A DNA stretch of 64,000 nt, from assembly GCA_036679645.1 (NCBI GenBank), contig JAZDCY010000035.1, positions 1-64,000 of the forward strand, written 5' to 3'. Numbering within the stretch: position 1 is the stretch's first letter; the number at the start of each line of letters is the position of its first letter. Of the stretch, positions 33,701 through 43,590 are shown one piece after another. The translations under genes were made by a program, and so were the position numbers. This DNA comes from Gemmatimonadota bacterium (GTDB taxonomy: Bacteria; Gemmatimonadota; Gemmatimonadetes; Gemmatimonadales; GWC2-71-9). The notes beneath the pieces were generated by a model, which worked only from the letters and a program-made list of their open reading frames with translations, was not told the DNA's origin and did not search any database.

Positions 33701-34767
33701 GGCTGTCGATCCACCACCAGTAATGTATCGGCGCCCAATGCCCTGCGCTCAACAACCGTCCAGCGCGACACATCGGGCAGCGCATGGCCGCGTCCGGCGT
33801 TGAACGCGCGTACCCCATCACCGAGCCACAGGGGGGCTTGTATCCAATACAACCGATCGACGAGATCGGCGTCCAACAGCGCGCCGGCGAGCGCGCCGCC
33901 ACCTTCGACCAACACCGTTCGCACATCGAGGGCGCGCAAGGCCTCGAGGGCCTGCGCGAGCGTGTCCGCGCCGAGCACCCGTACCCCATGTGGCTCTAGA
34001 CGCTGTGCGAGCGGATCGCGCGCACGCGTGTCCGTGACGACCGTAGTGGGCACGTCATGTGCCGACGTCACAAGCGTCAGGTCGGCCCGCAGCCGGCCGG
34101 AGGCACTTAGTACCACCCGCATGGGTGGCATCCGCGGCGTCACGGCACCCCGAACGGTCAGGGCGGGATCGTCCGCTTCCGCCGTGCGCCGGCCCACGGC
34201 GATGGCGTCGAAGCCGGCACGTAACCACTGGACATAGTCGCGCGCTGCTGCTCCCGACACCCAGCGCGATCGACCGGCCGCATCGGCAATGAAGCCGTCG
34301 AGGGACGCGGCCAGCTTGAGGGCGACGAACGGCCGCTCTGGGCGCGTTGCAGCCCACAGAAACCCGGCATTGAGACCCGCCGCCGCCGCCGCGCCCAGGC
34401 CGATGTCGACCTCGATACCGGCGTCGCGCAGCCGCTCCACACCACCCCGGGCCACCGGGTTCGGGTCGCGCACGGCCGCGACGACACGAGCTACGCCGGC
34501 AGCGATCAGAGCATCAGCGCACGGCGGCGTCCGCCCGTGATGCGCACACGGTTCGAGCGGGACCACGCAGGTGGCTCCGCGCGCATCGGGGGCATTCGCC
34601 AAGGCGCTCACCTCGGCATGTGGCGCACCGAGCGCGGCGTGGTGTCCCTCGCCTAGCACCTCCCCGTTTCGCAGGAGGACCGCACCGACGAGAGGGTTCG
34701 GCGCCACCCGCCCCCACCCTTCCAGGGCAAGCGCCGTCGCGCGGGTCATCGCCTCCCTCTCCTCCAC
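33685..34767 (-). CDS. ribD: Riboflavin biosynthesis deaminase/reductase
   Basis: PNPLVGA, HAE, LEPCAHHGRTPPC, KLAASLDG, VEGGG. Confidence 0.95.
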   Translation of the reverse strand: MEEREAMTRATALALEGWGRVAPNPLVGAVLLRNGEVLGEGHHAALGAPHAEVSALANAPDARGATCVVPLEPCAHHGRTPPCADALIAAGVARVVAAVRDPNPVARGGVERLRDAGIEVDIGLGAAAAAGLNAGFLWAATRPERPFVALKLAASLDGFIADAAGRSRWVSGAAARDYVQWLRAGFDAIAVGRRTAEADDPALTVRGAVTPRMPPMRVVLSASGRLRADLTLVTSAHDVPTTVVTDTRARDPLAQRLEPHGVRVLGADTLAQALEALRALDVRTVLVEGGGALAGALLDADLVDRLYWIQAPLWLGDGVRAFNAGRGHALPDVSRWTVVERRALGADTLLVVDRQPCLPE

Positions 34768-34768
34768 G

Positions 34769-35794
34769 TCAGTCCTCCAACCCGACGCCCTCGCCGGCGA
34801 CCACTTCCCCGATCACCCAGGTATCGATACCGGCGGCGCGCGCCGCGAGCCGGGCGTCATCCACCGTATCGGGCCCGACGACCGCAACGAATCCGATGCC
34901 CATGTTGAAAACGTGATACATCTCGTCGCGGGACACGTCACCTCCCGACGCAAGCACGTCGAACAGCGGCGGTGGTGCCCACGACGACCGGCTGACCCGC
35001 GCGCCGCATCCCGGCGGCAGCGAGCGGCCCAGGTTACCGGGGATCCCACCACCCGTGACGTGGGCCAAGGCGTGCACCCGGTCCAGTAGCCCCGCCAGGA
35101 CGGACCAATAACTCCGATGCACCGCAAGCAGCACGCTCGCCACCGTCGCATCGCACTGCGGCACCGTCGCGTCGATGGCGAGTCCCATCTGCTCGAACAA
35201 AATGCGCCGGGCAAGGCTGTATCCGTTCGTATGCAGTCCGGTGGATGCGTAGCCCACCAGCACATCGCCCACCCGCACACGATCGCCGTGCAGCGCCGCA
35301 TCCTCCGCCACGACGCCCACTATCGTTCCGGCGATATCATAGTGCCCGGGCGCGTACAGCTCGGGCATCTGCGCGGTCTCGCCACCCGACAACGTCATGT
35401 CGTGCGCGCGACAACCGCGGGCCACCCCCTCGACCAGTTGTGCAATGGTCTCGGGCTCGATAGTGGCCGCCGCGATATAGTCCTGGAACGCGAGCGGCCG
35501 CGCCCCGTGCACCAAGATGTCGTTCACGCAGTGATTGACGAGATCTTCGCCCACGGTATCGTGGCGGTCGGCCCGCGCCGCCACCAGCACTTTCGTCCCC
35601 ACTCCGTCGGTGCTGAGCACGAGGACTGGACGGTCTACGCCGGCGGGCATCCGGATCATGCCGCCGAACGTCCCGACCGCCCCCCGGGCAAGCTCGCTGC
35701 GCGTCGAGGCGAGCGCATCTCTGATCCGGGCCTTGGCCCGGTCGGCCGCGTCGAGGTCGACGCCTGCGGCGCGGTACCGTTCCGCGGTGCTCAT
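34769..35794 (-). CDS. purM: AIR synthase
   Basis: YRAAGVD, TDGVGTK, GGETA, GLHTNGYSL, HVTGGG, FNMGIG. Confidence 0.95.
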   Translation of the reverse strand: MSTAERYRAAGVDLDAADRAKARIRDALASTRSELARGAVGTFGGMIRMPAGVDRPVLVLSTDGVGTKVLVAARADRHDTVGEDLVNHCVNDILVHGARPLAFQDYIAAATIEPETIAQLVEGVARGCRAHDMTLSGGETAQMPELYAPGHYDIAGTIVGVVAEDAALHGDRVRVGDVLVGYASTGLHTNGYSLARRILFEQMGLAIDATVPQCDATVASVLLAVHRSYWSVLAGLLDRVHALAHVTGGGIPGNLGRSLPPGCGARVSRSSWAPPPLFDVLASGGDVSRDEMYHVFNMGIGFVAVVGPDTVDDARLAARAAGIDTWVIGEVVAGEGVGLED

Positions 35795-35807
35795 GCCCCC
35801 GGGGCCG

Positions 35808-36749
35808 TCACGACGCGCCCGCGCCACCCGCGTCCGGCTGGATGTCGAAGCGCACCAGTTCCGCGAAATGCTCGACTCGTTGCGCCACCTCGACCAACCC
35901 GATCTCATCGAACCGCTGGACCGAGAAGGCCTCGACGGCAAACGATCCCATGGCGCTACCGAACACCATGGCGCGGCGCAAGTTCTCCTGCGACTCATCG
36001 CCCGTGCGCGCGACGTGCGCCATGAACCCGCCCGCAAACGCGTCCCCCGCTCCGGTCGGATCGAAGATCTCCTCGAGCGGATAGGCCGGGACGTAGAAAG
36101 TGCGGTCGGCGCTCACGAGCACCGCCCCGTACTCGCCCTGCTTGATGACGACGTGCGTTGGGCCGTGGTCCAGGATCCAACGAGCCGCCCGATAGATGTT
36201 CCAGTCACCGGAGAGCTGGCGCGCCTCGGCGTCATTGACCATGAGCACGTCGACCCGTCGAAGTAGCTCGACCAACACGTCGCGTTTGCTCTGGATCCAG
36301 TAGTTCATGGTGTCGCATGCGACCAGGCGCGGCTCTCGCACCTGATCTAGTACGGCCAACTGCAGCTCAGGATCGATGTTGCCGAGAAAGACGTACTGCG
36401 CATCCCGGAATTCCGAGGGGATCTGCGGATCGAAGTCGGCGAATACGCCAAGACGCGTCTCCAGTGTCTCGCGGTTCTGCAAATCGTATGAGTAACGCCC
36501 CTTCCATCGGAAACTCTCTCCCGAGGCGCGCACCACGCCCGCGAGATCGACGCCCCGTTTGGTGAGGCGCTCGAGGCGGTCCCAGGGATAGTCATCGCCG
36601 ACGACGCCCACGACCTGTACCTCGTGGAGCAGGCACCCGGCGAACGAAAAAAATACCGCCGAGCCACCCAACGCGTCCGCGGTGGAGCCAAAGGGCGTCT
36701 CGACTGAATCGAGGGCAATGCTTCCGACGACGAGAAGACTCACACTCAC
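35808..36749 (-). CDS. PfkB-family carbohydrate/nucleoside kinase
   Basis: VGSIALD, GGSA, DPTGAGDAFAGG. Confidence 0.9.
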   Translation of the reverse strand: MSVSLLVVGSIALDSVETPFGSTADALGGSAVFFSFAGCLLHEVQVVGVVGDDYPWDRLERLTKRGVDLAGVVRASGESFRWKGRYSYDLQNRETLETRLGVFADFDPQIPSEFRDAQYVFLGNIDPELQLAVLDQVREPRLVACDTMNYWIQSKRDVLVELLRRVDVLMVNDAEARQLSGDWNIYRAARWILDHGPTHVVIKQGEYGAVLVSADRTFYVPAYPLEEIFDPTGAGDAFAGGFMAHVARTGDESQENLRRAMVFGSAMGSFAVEAFSVQRFDEIGLVEVAQRVEHFAELVRFDIQPDAGGAGAS

Positions 36750-38398
36750 ATCCGTTCCGGGGCGGCAATGCCCATCAGGGTGAGACCGTTGGAGAGTACT
36801 TGCTGTGCGGCGCCGGCAAGGGCCAGCCTGGCCCGTTCGACGGGCTCGGGCTCGCCCAGCACGCGGTGATGGTGATACCAGTGATTCACGGCCCGAGCCA
36901 GTTCTTCTAAATACGCGATGACAAGGTGCGGCTCGAGTCGCTCGGCGGCCCGGGCCACTACGCCGGGGTACTCGGCCAACTGGCGCATCAGCGCCAACTC
37001 GGCCGGTGCGGTGAGCGACGAGAGCTCTATCGTCTCAGGCGCGACGGCATCTGGTGACCACGCGGCATTCCGGCGAATGCCCGCCATGCGCGTGTGCGCG
37101 TACTGGACATAGTACACCGGGTTTTCTTCCGACTGTTTGGTGGCCAGGTCGATGTCAAAGACGAACTGCGCGTCACCCTTGCGCATGAGATAGAAATAGC
37201 GCACCGCGTCCCGACCGACCGTGTCGACAAGATCACGCAAGGTGTAGTAATTCCCGGCCCGCTTCGAGATCCGCACTTCCTCCCCAGCCCGCGTCACAGT
37301 CACCATCTGATGGAGCACGTACTCGGGGTACCCCTGCGGGATACCCAGGTCCAGCGCCTGAAGACCGCTCCGCACGCGGGCGACCGTCCCATGATGATCG
37401 GCCCCCTGTACGTCGATCGCACGGGTGAACCCACGTTCCCATTTCGTCACGTGGTACGCCACGTCGGGAACGAAGTAGGTGAAGCCGCCACCCTTCTCGG
37501 CACTCTTCCGCATCACGCGGTCCTTGTCATCCCCGAAATCCGTGGTGCGCAGCCACAGCGCTCCGTCGGCCTCGTAGGTGTGTCCCGCATCGACAAGGCG
37601 CTGCACCGTCTTCTCGACGTTTCCATTTCCGTACAGCGATGACTCGAGGAAGTACACGTCGAACGAAATCCCGAGGGCCGTGAGGTCGCGGTCCTGCTCG
37701 GCGCGGAGCGCCTCCACTGCAAGCCGGCGGATGGCGTCGAGGTCTTCACCGTCGGGATCGTTTGCATGCTCCAGCGCGTACTGTTCCGCGACGTCCCGGA
37801 TGTACTCGCCGTGATAGCCACCTTCCGGAATTGGCGCGTCGTGGCCACGCAGCTGCCGCAGGCGGGCCTGCACGCTCAAGGCCAGTTTCTCCATCTGAGT
37901 GCCGGCGTCGTTGTAGTAGAACTCTCGGGTGACGCACCACCCCGTGTGCTCGAGCAGCGCCGAAATGGCATCACCCAACGCCGCCTGCCGCCCGTGTCCG
38001 ACGTGGAGCGGCCCGGTCGGATTCGCCGAAACGAACTCGACATCGACGCGGCTCCCCTGCCCTGCGTCGCTCGTGCCGAACCGGTCGCGGTCGGTCAGGA
38101 CGGTACGAACCGTGTCGGCCAGCACCGCATCGGCGAACACGAAATTGATGAATCCAGGTCCGGCAATCTCGATGCGCTCGACGACGTCGGCAGGCAAGTC
38201 GAGCCGCCTTACGAGTTCCTCCGCAATCTCACGCGGCTTGCGGCGTAGCGACTTCGCCAGTCGCAGGGCGAGATTCGTCGCGAGGTCTCCGTGGGTCGGG
38301 TCACGCGGTCGTTCCAGCACGAATGCCGCGTCGGGGACTCCGAGCGCGTTGGCACTCTCTGCCAGCGCATCCCGGAGCCGCTCGGTACCGGAGGTCAG
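36746..38398 (-). CDS. argS: Arginine-tRNA ligase (probable CTG start at 38398)
   Basis: HGDLATN, AGPGFIN, SANPTGPLHVGHGR, GADHHG, SKRAG, YYVQYAH. Confidence 0.95.
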   Translation of the reverse strand: MTSGTERLRDALAESANALGVPDAAFVLERPRDPTHGDLATNLALRLAKSLRRKPREIAEELVRRLDLPADVVERIEIAGPGFINFVFADAVLADTVRTVLTDRDRFGTSDAGQGSRVDVEFVSANPTGPLHVGHGRQAALGDAISALLEHTGWCVTREFYYNDAGTQMEKLALSVQARLRQLRGHDAPIPEGGYHGEYIRDVAEQYALEHANDPDGEDLDAIRRLAVEALRAEQDRDLTALGISFDVYFLESSLYGNGNVEKTVQRLVDAGHTYEADGALWLRTTDFGDDKDRVMRKSAEKGGGFTYFVPDVAYHVTKWERGFTRAIDVQGADHHGTVARVRSGLQALDLGIPQGYPEYVLHQMVTVTRAGEEVRISKRAGNYYTLRDLVDTVGRDAVRYFYLMRKGDAQFVFDIDLATKQSEENPVYYVQYAHTRMAGIRRNAAWSPDAVAPETIELSSLTAPAELALMRQLAEYPGVVARAAERLEPHLVIAYLEELARAVNHWYHHHRVLGEPEPVERARLALAGAAQQVLSNGLTLMGIAAPERM

Positions 38399-38760
38399 CT
38401 TGCGTCTCCCCCGGATGACTTGGAGGACCCGGAATCGGAGCCGGGCTTGGAGGAGGAATCCTTGGTGTCGCCAGTCTTCTTCCTCTCCTTGTCACCGGCG
38501 TCCTTTTCCTTGTCGCCGGCGTCCCTTTCCTTGTCGCCGGCGTCCCTTTCCTTGTCGCCGGCGTCCTTCTCACCGGGTGATCGCTTGTAGTCGGTGGCGT
38601 AGAAACCCGATCCCTTGAACACGAAACCGGTGCCGCCCGTGATCACCTGTTCCGCCGTCGCTCCGCATTCGGGGCAGGTGTGGGGGGCATCATCGTTCAT
38701 CTTGTGAAACCGCTCAAACGCGTGCGCGCAGCGCGGGCACCGATACGCATATGTGGGCAT
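38395..38760 (-). CDS. FmdB-family zinc-ribbon protein with a charged repeat tail
   Basis: MPTYAYRCPRC..CPECG..FKGSGFYATDY. Confidence 0.9.
   Translation of the reverse strand: MPTYAYRCPRCAHAFERFHKMNDDAPHTCPECGATAEQVITGGTGFVFKGSGFYATDYKRSPGEKDAGDKERDAGDKERDAGDKEKDAGDKERKKTGDTKDSSSKPGSDSGSSKSSGGDAS
38486..38569. repeat. Four 21-bp tandem repeats encoding (K/R)DAGDKE
   Basis: tccttgtc(a/g)ccggcgtcc(c/t)t(t/c) four times. Confidence 0.95.
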
Positions 38761-38813
38761 GAAATCCTGTAATTAGTTATGAACAACCAACTTAGCCGAG
38801 CCCATGGGGAAGA

Positions 38814-40358
38814 TCAAGCAACCGAGCGATGGGTTCCCCATACCTCCCGCAGCACGTCACTGATATCACCAATCGTAGCCCGCGCACGGACCGCATTGAC
38901 CAACAGCGGCATCAGGTTCCGTCCTGGTGTGCGAGCCGCTGCGGCAAGCGCATCGAGCGCGGCATGGCACGCTTTGGCATCCCGCGCGGCACGCGTAGCG
39001 CGGACCTGCTCGATCTGCTCCGCCGCGAAAGCGCCGTAGTCCGGCATCTGCCGTGGAGGAGTGGGTTCGTCCTCGGTAAACCGATTCACACCCACCACCG
39101 CCTGCTCGCCGCTTTCCTGGGCACGCTGCTGCTCGTAGGCCGCCCGCGCAATCGCGTCCTGAAAATCTCCGCGTTCGATGGCCGCCGCCGCCCCACCCTT
39201 CCGGCCGATCTCGTCGAGTAGCGCGCGTACGTCGCGGACGATCGTCTCGGTCAGATGCTCGACATAGTACGACCCACCCAGCGGGTCGGCGGTCAGCGTG
39301 ATACCGGACTCGTTGGCGAGAATCTGCTGCGTGCGCAGGGCCAGGCGCGCCGCATCTGCTGTGGGCAGGGAGAGCGCCTCGTCGAAACCGTTCGTGTGCA
39401 GCGACTGCGTGCCTCCGAGCACCGCCGCCAGAGCCTGCACCGCGACGCGGACGACATTGTTGACCGGCTGCTGAGCGGTCAGGGTGGACCCACCCGTCTG
39501 AGTGTGGAATCGGAGCATGCAGGCCCGATCGTCCCCGCCGTAGCGTTGCCGCACGATAGTCGCCCACACTTCTCGCGCCGCCCGGAACTTCGCGACCTCC
39601 TCGAAGAGATCGTTGTGCGCGGCGAAGAAGAACGACATACGGGCCGCGATCCCGGCGGCGTCGAGTCCTGCAGCGCGCGCCCGGTCGAGGTACTCGATGC
39701 CGTTGGCGAGGGTGAAGGCCACCTCCTGAATGGCGGTGGAGCCCGCTTCCCGGATGTGGTATCCGCTCACCGAGATTGGGTTGAACGGGATCCCCTCTTC
39801 GTCGACGAACGCGAACACGTCGGTGATCAGCCGGAGCGACGGCTCGGGCGGATAGATATAGGTCCCGCGCGCGGCGTACTCCTTCAGGATGTCATTCTGC
39901 ACCGTGCCCCTGAGAGCCGTGCGGGGGGTGCCGCGCTCCTCCCCGATCACGACGTACATGGCAAGGAGGATGGGGGCAGTGGCATTGATCGTCATTGACG
40001 TCGAGACCCGATCGAGCGGGATGCCGTCGAACAACAGGGCAAGATCGTCCACCGAGTCGATGGCCACGCCCGCCCGCCCAACCTCTCCCTCGGCGGCAGG
40101 CACGTCCGAGTCGTAGCCCATTTGCGTTGGGAGATCGAACGCCACCGAGAGACCCGTCTGCCCCGCCTCCAGCAGGTGGCGGAAGCGCTGGTTGGTCTCG
40201 TGGGCCGTACCGAAACCGGCGTACTGGCGCATCGTCCAGAGCCGACCCCGGTACATATCCGGGTGGATCCCCCGGGTGAACGGGAAGACGCCGGGCCCTT
40301 CGGGCCCGTAGGCGACGTCTACTCGCAGGCCGGAGGGCGTACGGCGCTCATCGGTCAT
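38814..40358 (-). CDS. Methylmalonyl-CoA mutase, substrate-binding (large) subunit
   Basis: [37 protein letters not shown]; no DxHxxG B12-binding domain. Confidence 0.92.
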   Translation of the reverse strand: MTDERRTPSGLRVDVAYGPEGPGVFPFTRGIHPDMYRGRLWTMRQYAGFGTAHETNQRFRHLLEAGQTGLSVAFDLPTQMGYDSDVPAAEGEVGRAGVAIDSVDDLALLFDGIPLDRVSTSMTINATAPILLAMYVVIGEERGTPRTALRGTVQNDILKEYAARGTYIYPPEPSLRLITDVFAFVDEEGIPFNPISVSGYHIREAGSTAIQEVAFTLANGIEYLDRARAAGLDAAGIAARMSFFFAAHNDLFEEVAKFRAAREVWATIVRQRYGGDDRACMLRFHTQTGGSTLTAQQPVNNVVRVAVQALAAVLGGTQSLHTNGFDEALSLPTADAARLALRTQQILANESGITLTADPLGGSYYVEHLTETIVRDVRALLDEIGRKGGAAAAIERGDFQDAIARAAYEQQRAQESGEQAVVGVNRFTEDEPTPPRQMPDYGAFAAEQIEQVRATRAARDAKACHAALDALAAAARTPGRNLMPLLVNAVRARATIGDISDVLREVWGTHRSVA

Positions 40359-41371
40359 GCCGTCGCGGCTCTGGTCGACGCGAGCGTCTGTTCCACGAAC
40401 GCGACGTCGTCCTTGCTGCCAATCACGAGTGGCGTGCGCTGGTGCAGCTCCACGGGCTCGATGTCGAGGATGCGTCGTGCGCCATCGGACGCCGCACCGC
40501 CTGCCGCCTCCACGATGAAAGCCAACGGTGAGGCCTCGTAGAGCAAACGCAGCTTCCCGCTGGGTGAATTCGCATCCGCAGGATACATGAAGACGCCACC
40601 CTTCATCAGGTTCCGATGGAAATCGGCAACCAACGACCCGATGTAGCGTGCGTTCTTGGCCATTCCCGAATCGTCGAGTCCCTTGAACGCACGAACGACG
40701 TGCCGGTACCCGTCCGACCACCGATCGTAATAGCTCTCGTTGATCGAGTAGTACTTGCCGTTCGACGGCGTAGTGATGTCCTCCTGGCTCAGCAGGAACT
40801 CGCCGATCGTGGGATCGAGCGTGAACCCATGGACCCCGCGCCCGGCCGAATACACGAGGACCGTACTCGAGCCGTAGATGACGTAGCCGGCGGCGACCTG
40901 CCGGTGCCCGACCTGGAGGCAATCGTCCAACGACCCACACCCACCGGAAGTGACCCGATTGTGGATGGAGAAGATCGTCCCGATCGAAACATTGACATCG
41001 ATGTTCGATGAGCCGTCCAGGGGATCGTAGATGAGCACGTACTTGCCGGCATGGTCGGAATCGCCCATGGGAACCGGTTCCGCGTCCTCTTCGGAGGCAA
41101 CGACGCACACGCGGCCGGCCCGACTGAGCACGGCCTTCATGACATCGTTGGCAAGGACGTCGAGCTTCTCCTGCTCTTCGCCCAGTACGTTCGTCGTGCC
41201 CGTGCGCCCGAGGACATCGACGAGACCGGCCCGTCTCACATAGGCCGATATGTTCTTGGCGGCGAGCGCCACGTCGTAAAGGAGGCTGGTGAGCTCCCCC
41301 GTGGCTTCGGGGTGCAAGCGCTCCTGTTCGACGATGAAGCTCTCGATTGTAACCAGCGACGGACCTGACAT
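40355..41371 (-). CDS. fbp: Class 1 fructose-1,6-bisphosphatase
   Basis: [32 protein letters not shown]. Confidence 0.95.
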   Translation of the reverse strand: MSGPSLVTIESFIVEQERLHPEATGELTSLLYDVALAAKNISAYVRRAGLVDVLGRTGTTNVLGEEQEKLDVLANDVMKAVLSRAGRVCVVASEEDAEPVPMGDSDHAGKYVLIYDPLDGSSNIDVNVSIGTIFSIHNRVTSGGCGSLDDCLQVGHRQVAAGYVIYGSSTVLVYSAGRGVHGFTLDPTIGEFLLSQEDITTPSNGKYYSINESYYDRWSDGYRHVVRAFKGLDDSGMAKNARYIGSLVADFHRNLMKGGVFMYPADANSPSGKLRLLYEASPLAFIVEAAGGAASDGARRILDIEPVELHQRTPLVIGSKDDVAFVEQTLASTRAATA

Positions 41372-43590
41372 GGCCACTCCGCGAGTAGAGGATTCGGGCC
41401 GCCCTGCGTGACCTCAAAATAGCGTCCATCCGAGCGGATCGTTACGGTACCCCCTCGGTCGGTACGGTAGACACTGACATCTCGTGTACGCAACCGCTGT
41501 AGCACGACTGCCGCTGGATGCCCGTACCCATTTTGGCCCACGCTGATGACGGCGACCTTGGGCCGGACGGCATCGAGCCACGCATCGTGTGAACTCCCCG
41601 CGGAGCCGTGGTGGCCCACCTTCAGCAGCTCGACCTGTTGCAGGTCATCGATGAGCAGGGATTCGGCGGGCCACCCGATATCGCCGGTGAACAACGCGTC
41701 GAAACGTCCAAAGGTGACCCGCACGACCACGGAGTTCTCGTTGGGCCGCAGCTCGCGCTCGAGCGACGACGCGTCCGGGTGGAGTACCGCGAGGGTCACG
41801 CCGTCGACGATGAGCGTGTCGCCCGCTCGTGCCGCAGACCACCGTGTGCCGGCCTCCGCGACCGCGCCGAGGTATTCGAGGTACAGCTCCGTTCCGAGCG
41901 GCTGACCCGGCTCAATCACGCGGCCAACCGGAACCGCGCCGAGCACCGCCGGTATCCCACCGAGGTGGTCGGCGTCCCCATGGGAGATGATCACGAGGTC
42001 GAGCGCGTGCACCCCGTGGCGGCGCAAAAAAGGGACCACGACACGCCGGCCGGCGTCTCCCGACAGTGTGCGCGGCCCTCCATCAACGAGTACCCAACGG
42101 CCGTGCGGCGTGCGCAGGACGATCGCGTCACCCTGACCGACATCGAGCACGTGGAGGGTGAGTCCCCCGGTGCTACCGATGGGAAGATGGTCCAGCGCAA
42201 CGAACGTCCACGAGAGGATTGCCGCACCCGCCAGGAGGCGCCACCGCACCAAGGCCCAGGTCGGGCGGCGAAAGACGATCCACGCGGCGCCTGACACCAG
42301 CACGAACCAGGGCAGTGCGAAGCCCACGCCTGGGTCCCCGCTCAGATGGCCCCCGGGGATCGCCGCGCCAAGTGCCGCGACACGCTCGATTCCCGTCAAC
42401 GCCAATCCGGCGCCGCGTGCCAGGGTGCCGCCTGCGACGAGGCTTCCGAAGACGGCAGGTACCGCCACGCCTGCAAGCGGAATGGCAATGAGGTTAGCGA
42501 CGATGCCAACCGGAGCCACCGACCCGAACGTGAGTGCCGTGATGGGAGCCGTCGCCACCGTCGCTCCGACCGATGCCACCACCAGCCGCGCCACCCCGCG
42601 GGCGCGCGGCGCCAGACGTAGCGCGGATGCCGTGCCCCACAACGCCCCGCAGGAGAGCCACGCCCCGACACTCGTGACGGCGCCGGGCGTCACGGCGACA
42701 ATCGCGAACACTGCCACAGCGAGAATCGTCGTGGGTGACGGGTGACGCTGTCGGACACGCGCGGTGCCATAGAGCGTGATGAACCAGGCCGCCCGGAACG
42801 CGGGAGCGGGGAATCCCAGCACAGCTACGTAGATCCACACACCCACGGCAGCACAGGCCCACGCGTGACGTCCGGCTCCCACCAGGCGCGCGACAAGAGC
42901 GAGCCAAAGACTCAGGATTCCAACGTGCAGACCGGAGATGGCCAACACGTGCGCCAGCCCGCTCTCCACAAAGCGAGCACGGAGCGCAGGAGAGATGTCT
43001 CCCCGACGGCCCAGAACGAGCGCCGCCACAAGACCGCTACGTGGCCCATACAACGCGTCGATCCGACGCGCGACGCGGTCGCGTATCCGGTAGCGCAGCC
43101 CGGGACGCCGGTCGAGTACCCGGAAACGATCGACCGCAAGGATATTGCCCCACCGGACGACGCCCACCGCGACGATAGTAGCTCCCGACCTCACATGTGC
43201 TTCACCAACACCAATGCGGACCGTGCCCGAACAGCCGGCCGGACTGTGTATCACGGTAGCCTGTGCCCTACCCCGTGTATCGGGCGCGTCGTGAATCCGC
43301 AGGATCGCCGCCTGTTTCCCGGGTCTCCACAACGCGGCGCACCCAACTCGCCGTTCTTGCGCGGTCACCGAACCGACCGATGTGCCAATCGCGAAGGCCA
43401 CCAACATCGTGCCGTGCGTCCGCGATCCGCGCGCGGTCACTACGACCGCCACGCCCACGAGAAGCACAACCACGCTCACGGGTACCAAAACAACGAGGCC
43501 GGTCACGAGACCGGCCCCGAAGATGATCGTAAACAAACGAACGGGCGGTCTCACCGCCCGCACTCCGCTACAAAGGCGCTTCCGGTACAT
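41236..43590 (-). CDS. comEC: DNA uptake channel ComEC/Rec2
   Basis: HVLAISGLH competence domain; DVGQGD, SHGDADH, KVGHHGS, YGHP metallo-beta-lactamase domain. Confidence 0.93.
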   Translation of the reverse strand: MYRKRLCSGVRAVRPPVRLFTIIFGAGLVTGLVVLVPVSVVVLLVGVAVVVTARGSRTHGTMLVAFAIGTSVGSVTAQERRVGCAALWRPGKQAAILRIHDAPDTRGRAQATVIHSPAGCSGTVRIGVGEAHVRSGATIVAVGVVRWGNILAVDRFRVLDRRPGLRYRIRDRVARRIDALYGPRSGLVAALVLGRRGDISPALRARFVESGLAHVLAISGLHVGILSLWLALVARLVGAGRHAWACAAVGVWIYVAVLGFPAPAFRAAWFITLYGTARVRQRHPSPTTILAVAVFAIVAVTPGAVTSVGAWLSCGALWGTASALRLAPRARGVARLVVASVGATVATAPITALTFGSVAPVGIVANLIAIPLAGVAVPAVFGSLVAGGTLARGAGLALTGIERVAALGAAIPGGHLSGDPGVGFALPWFVLVSGAAWIVFRRPTWALVRWRLLAGAAILSWTFVALDHLPIGSTGGLTLHVLDVGQGDAIVLRTPHGRWVLVDGGPRTLSGDAGRRVVVPFLRRHGVHALDLVIISHGDADHLGGIPAVLGAVPVGRVIEPGQPLGTELYLEYLGAVAEAGTRWSAARAGDTLIVDGVTLAVLHPDASSLERELRPNENSVVVRVTFGRFDALFTGDIGWPAESLLIDDLQQVELLKVGHHGSAGSSHDAWLDAVRPKVAVISVGQNGYGHPAAVVLQRLRTRDVSVYRTDRGGTVTIRSDGRYFEVTQGGPNPLLAEWPCQVRRWLQSRASSSNRSACTPKPRGSSPASFTTWRSPPRTYRPM

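Noticed and set aside
38486..38569. 21-bp repeats as a CRISPR array
   Set aside because: Tandem with no spacers and in frame within a CDS
41236..41377. comEC/fbp overlap of ~140 bp as a frameshift
   Set aside because: Both proteins are complete; the comEC tail is simply a low-information run-on
38814..41429. 871-aa ORF suggesting a long N-terminal extension on the mutase
   Set aside because: The extension is an alternative frame over fbp; the real start is ATG 40358, overlapping the fbp stop
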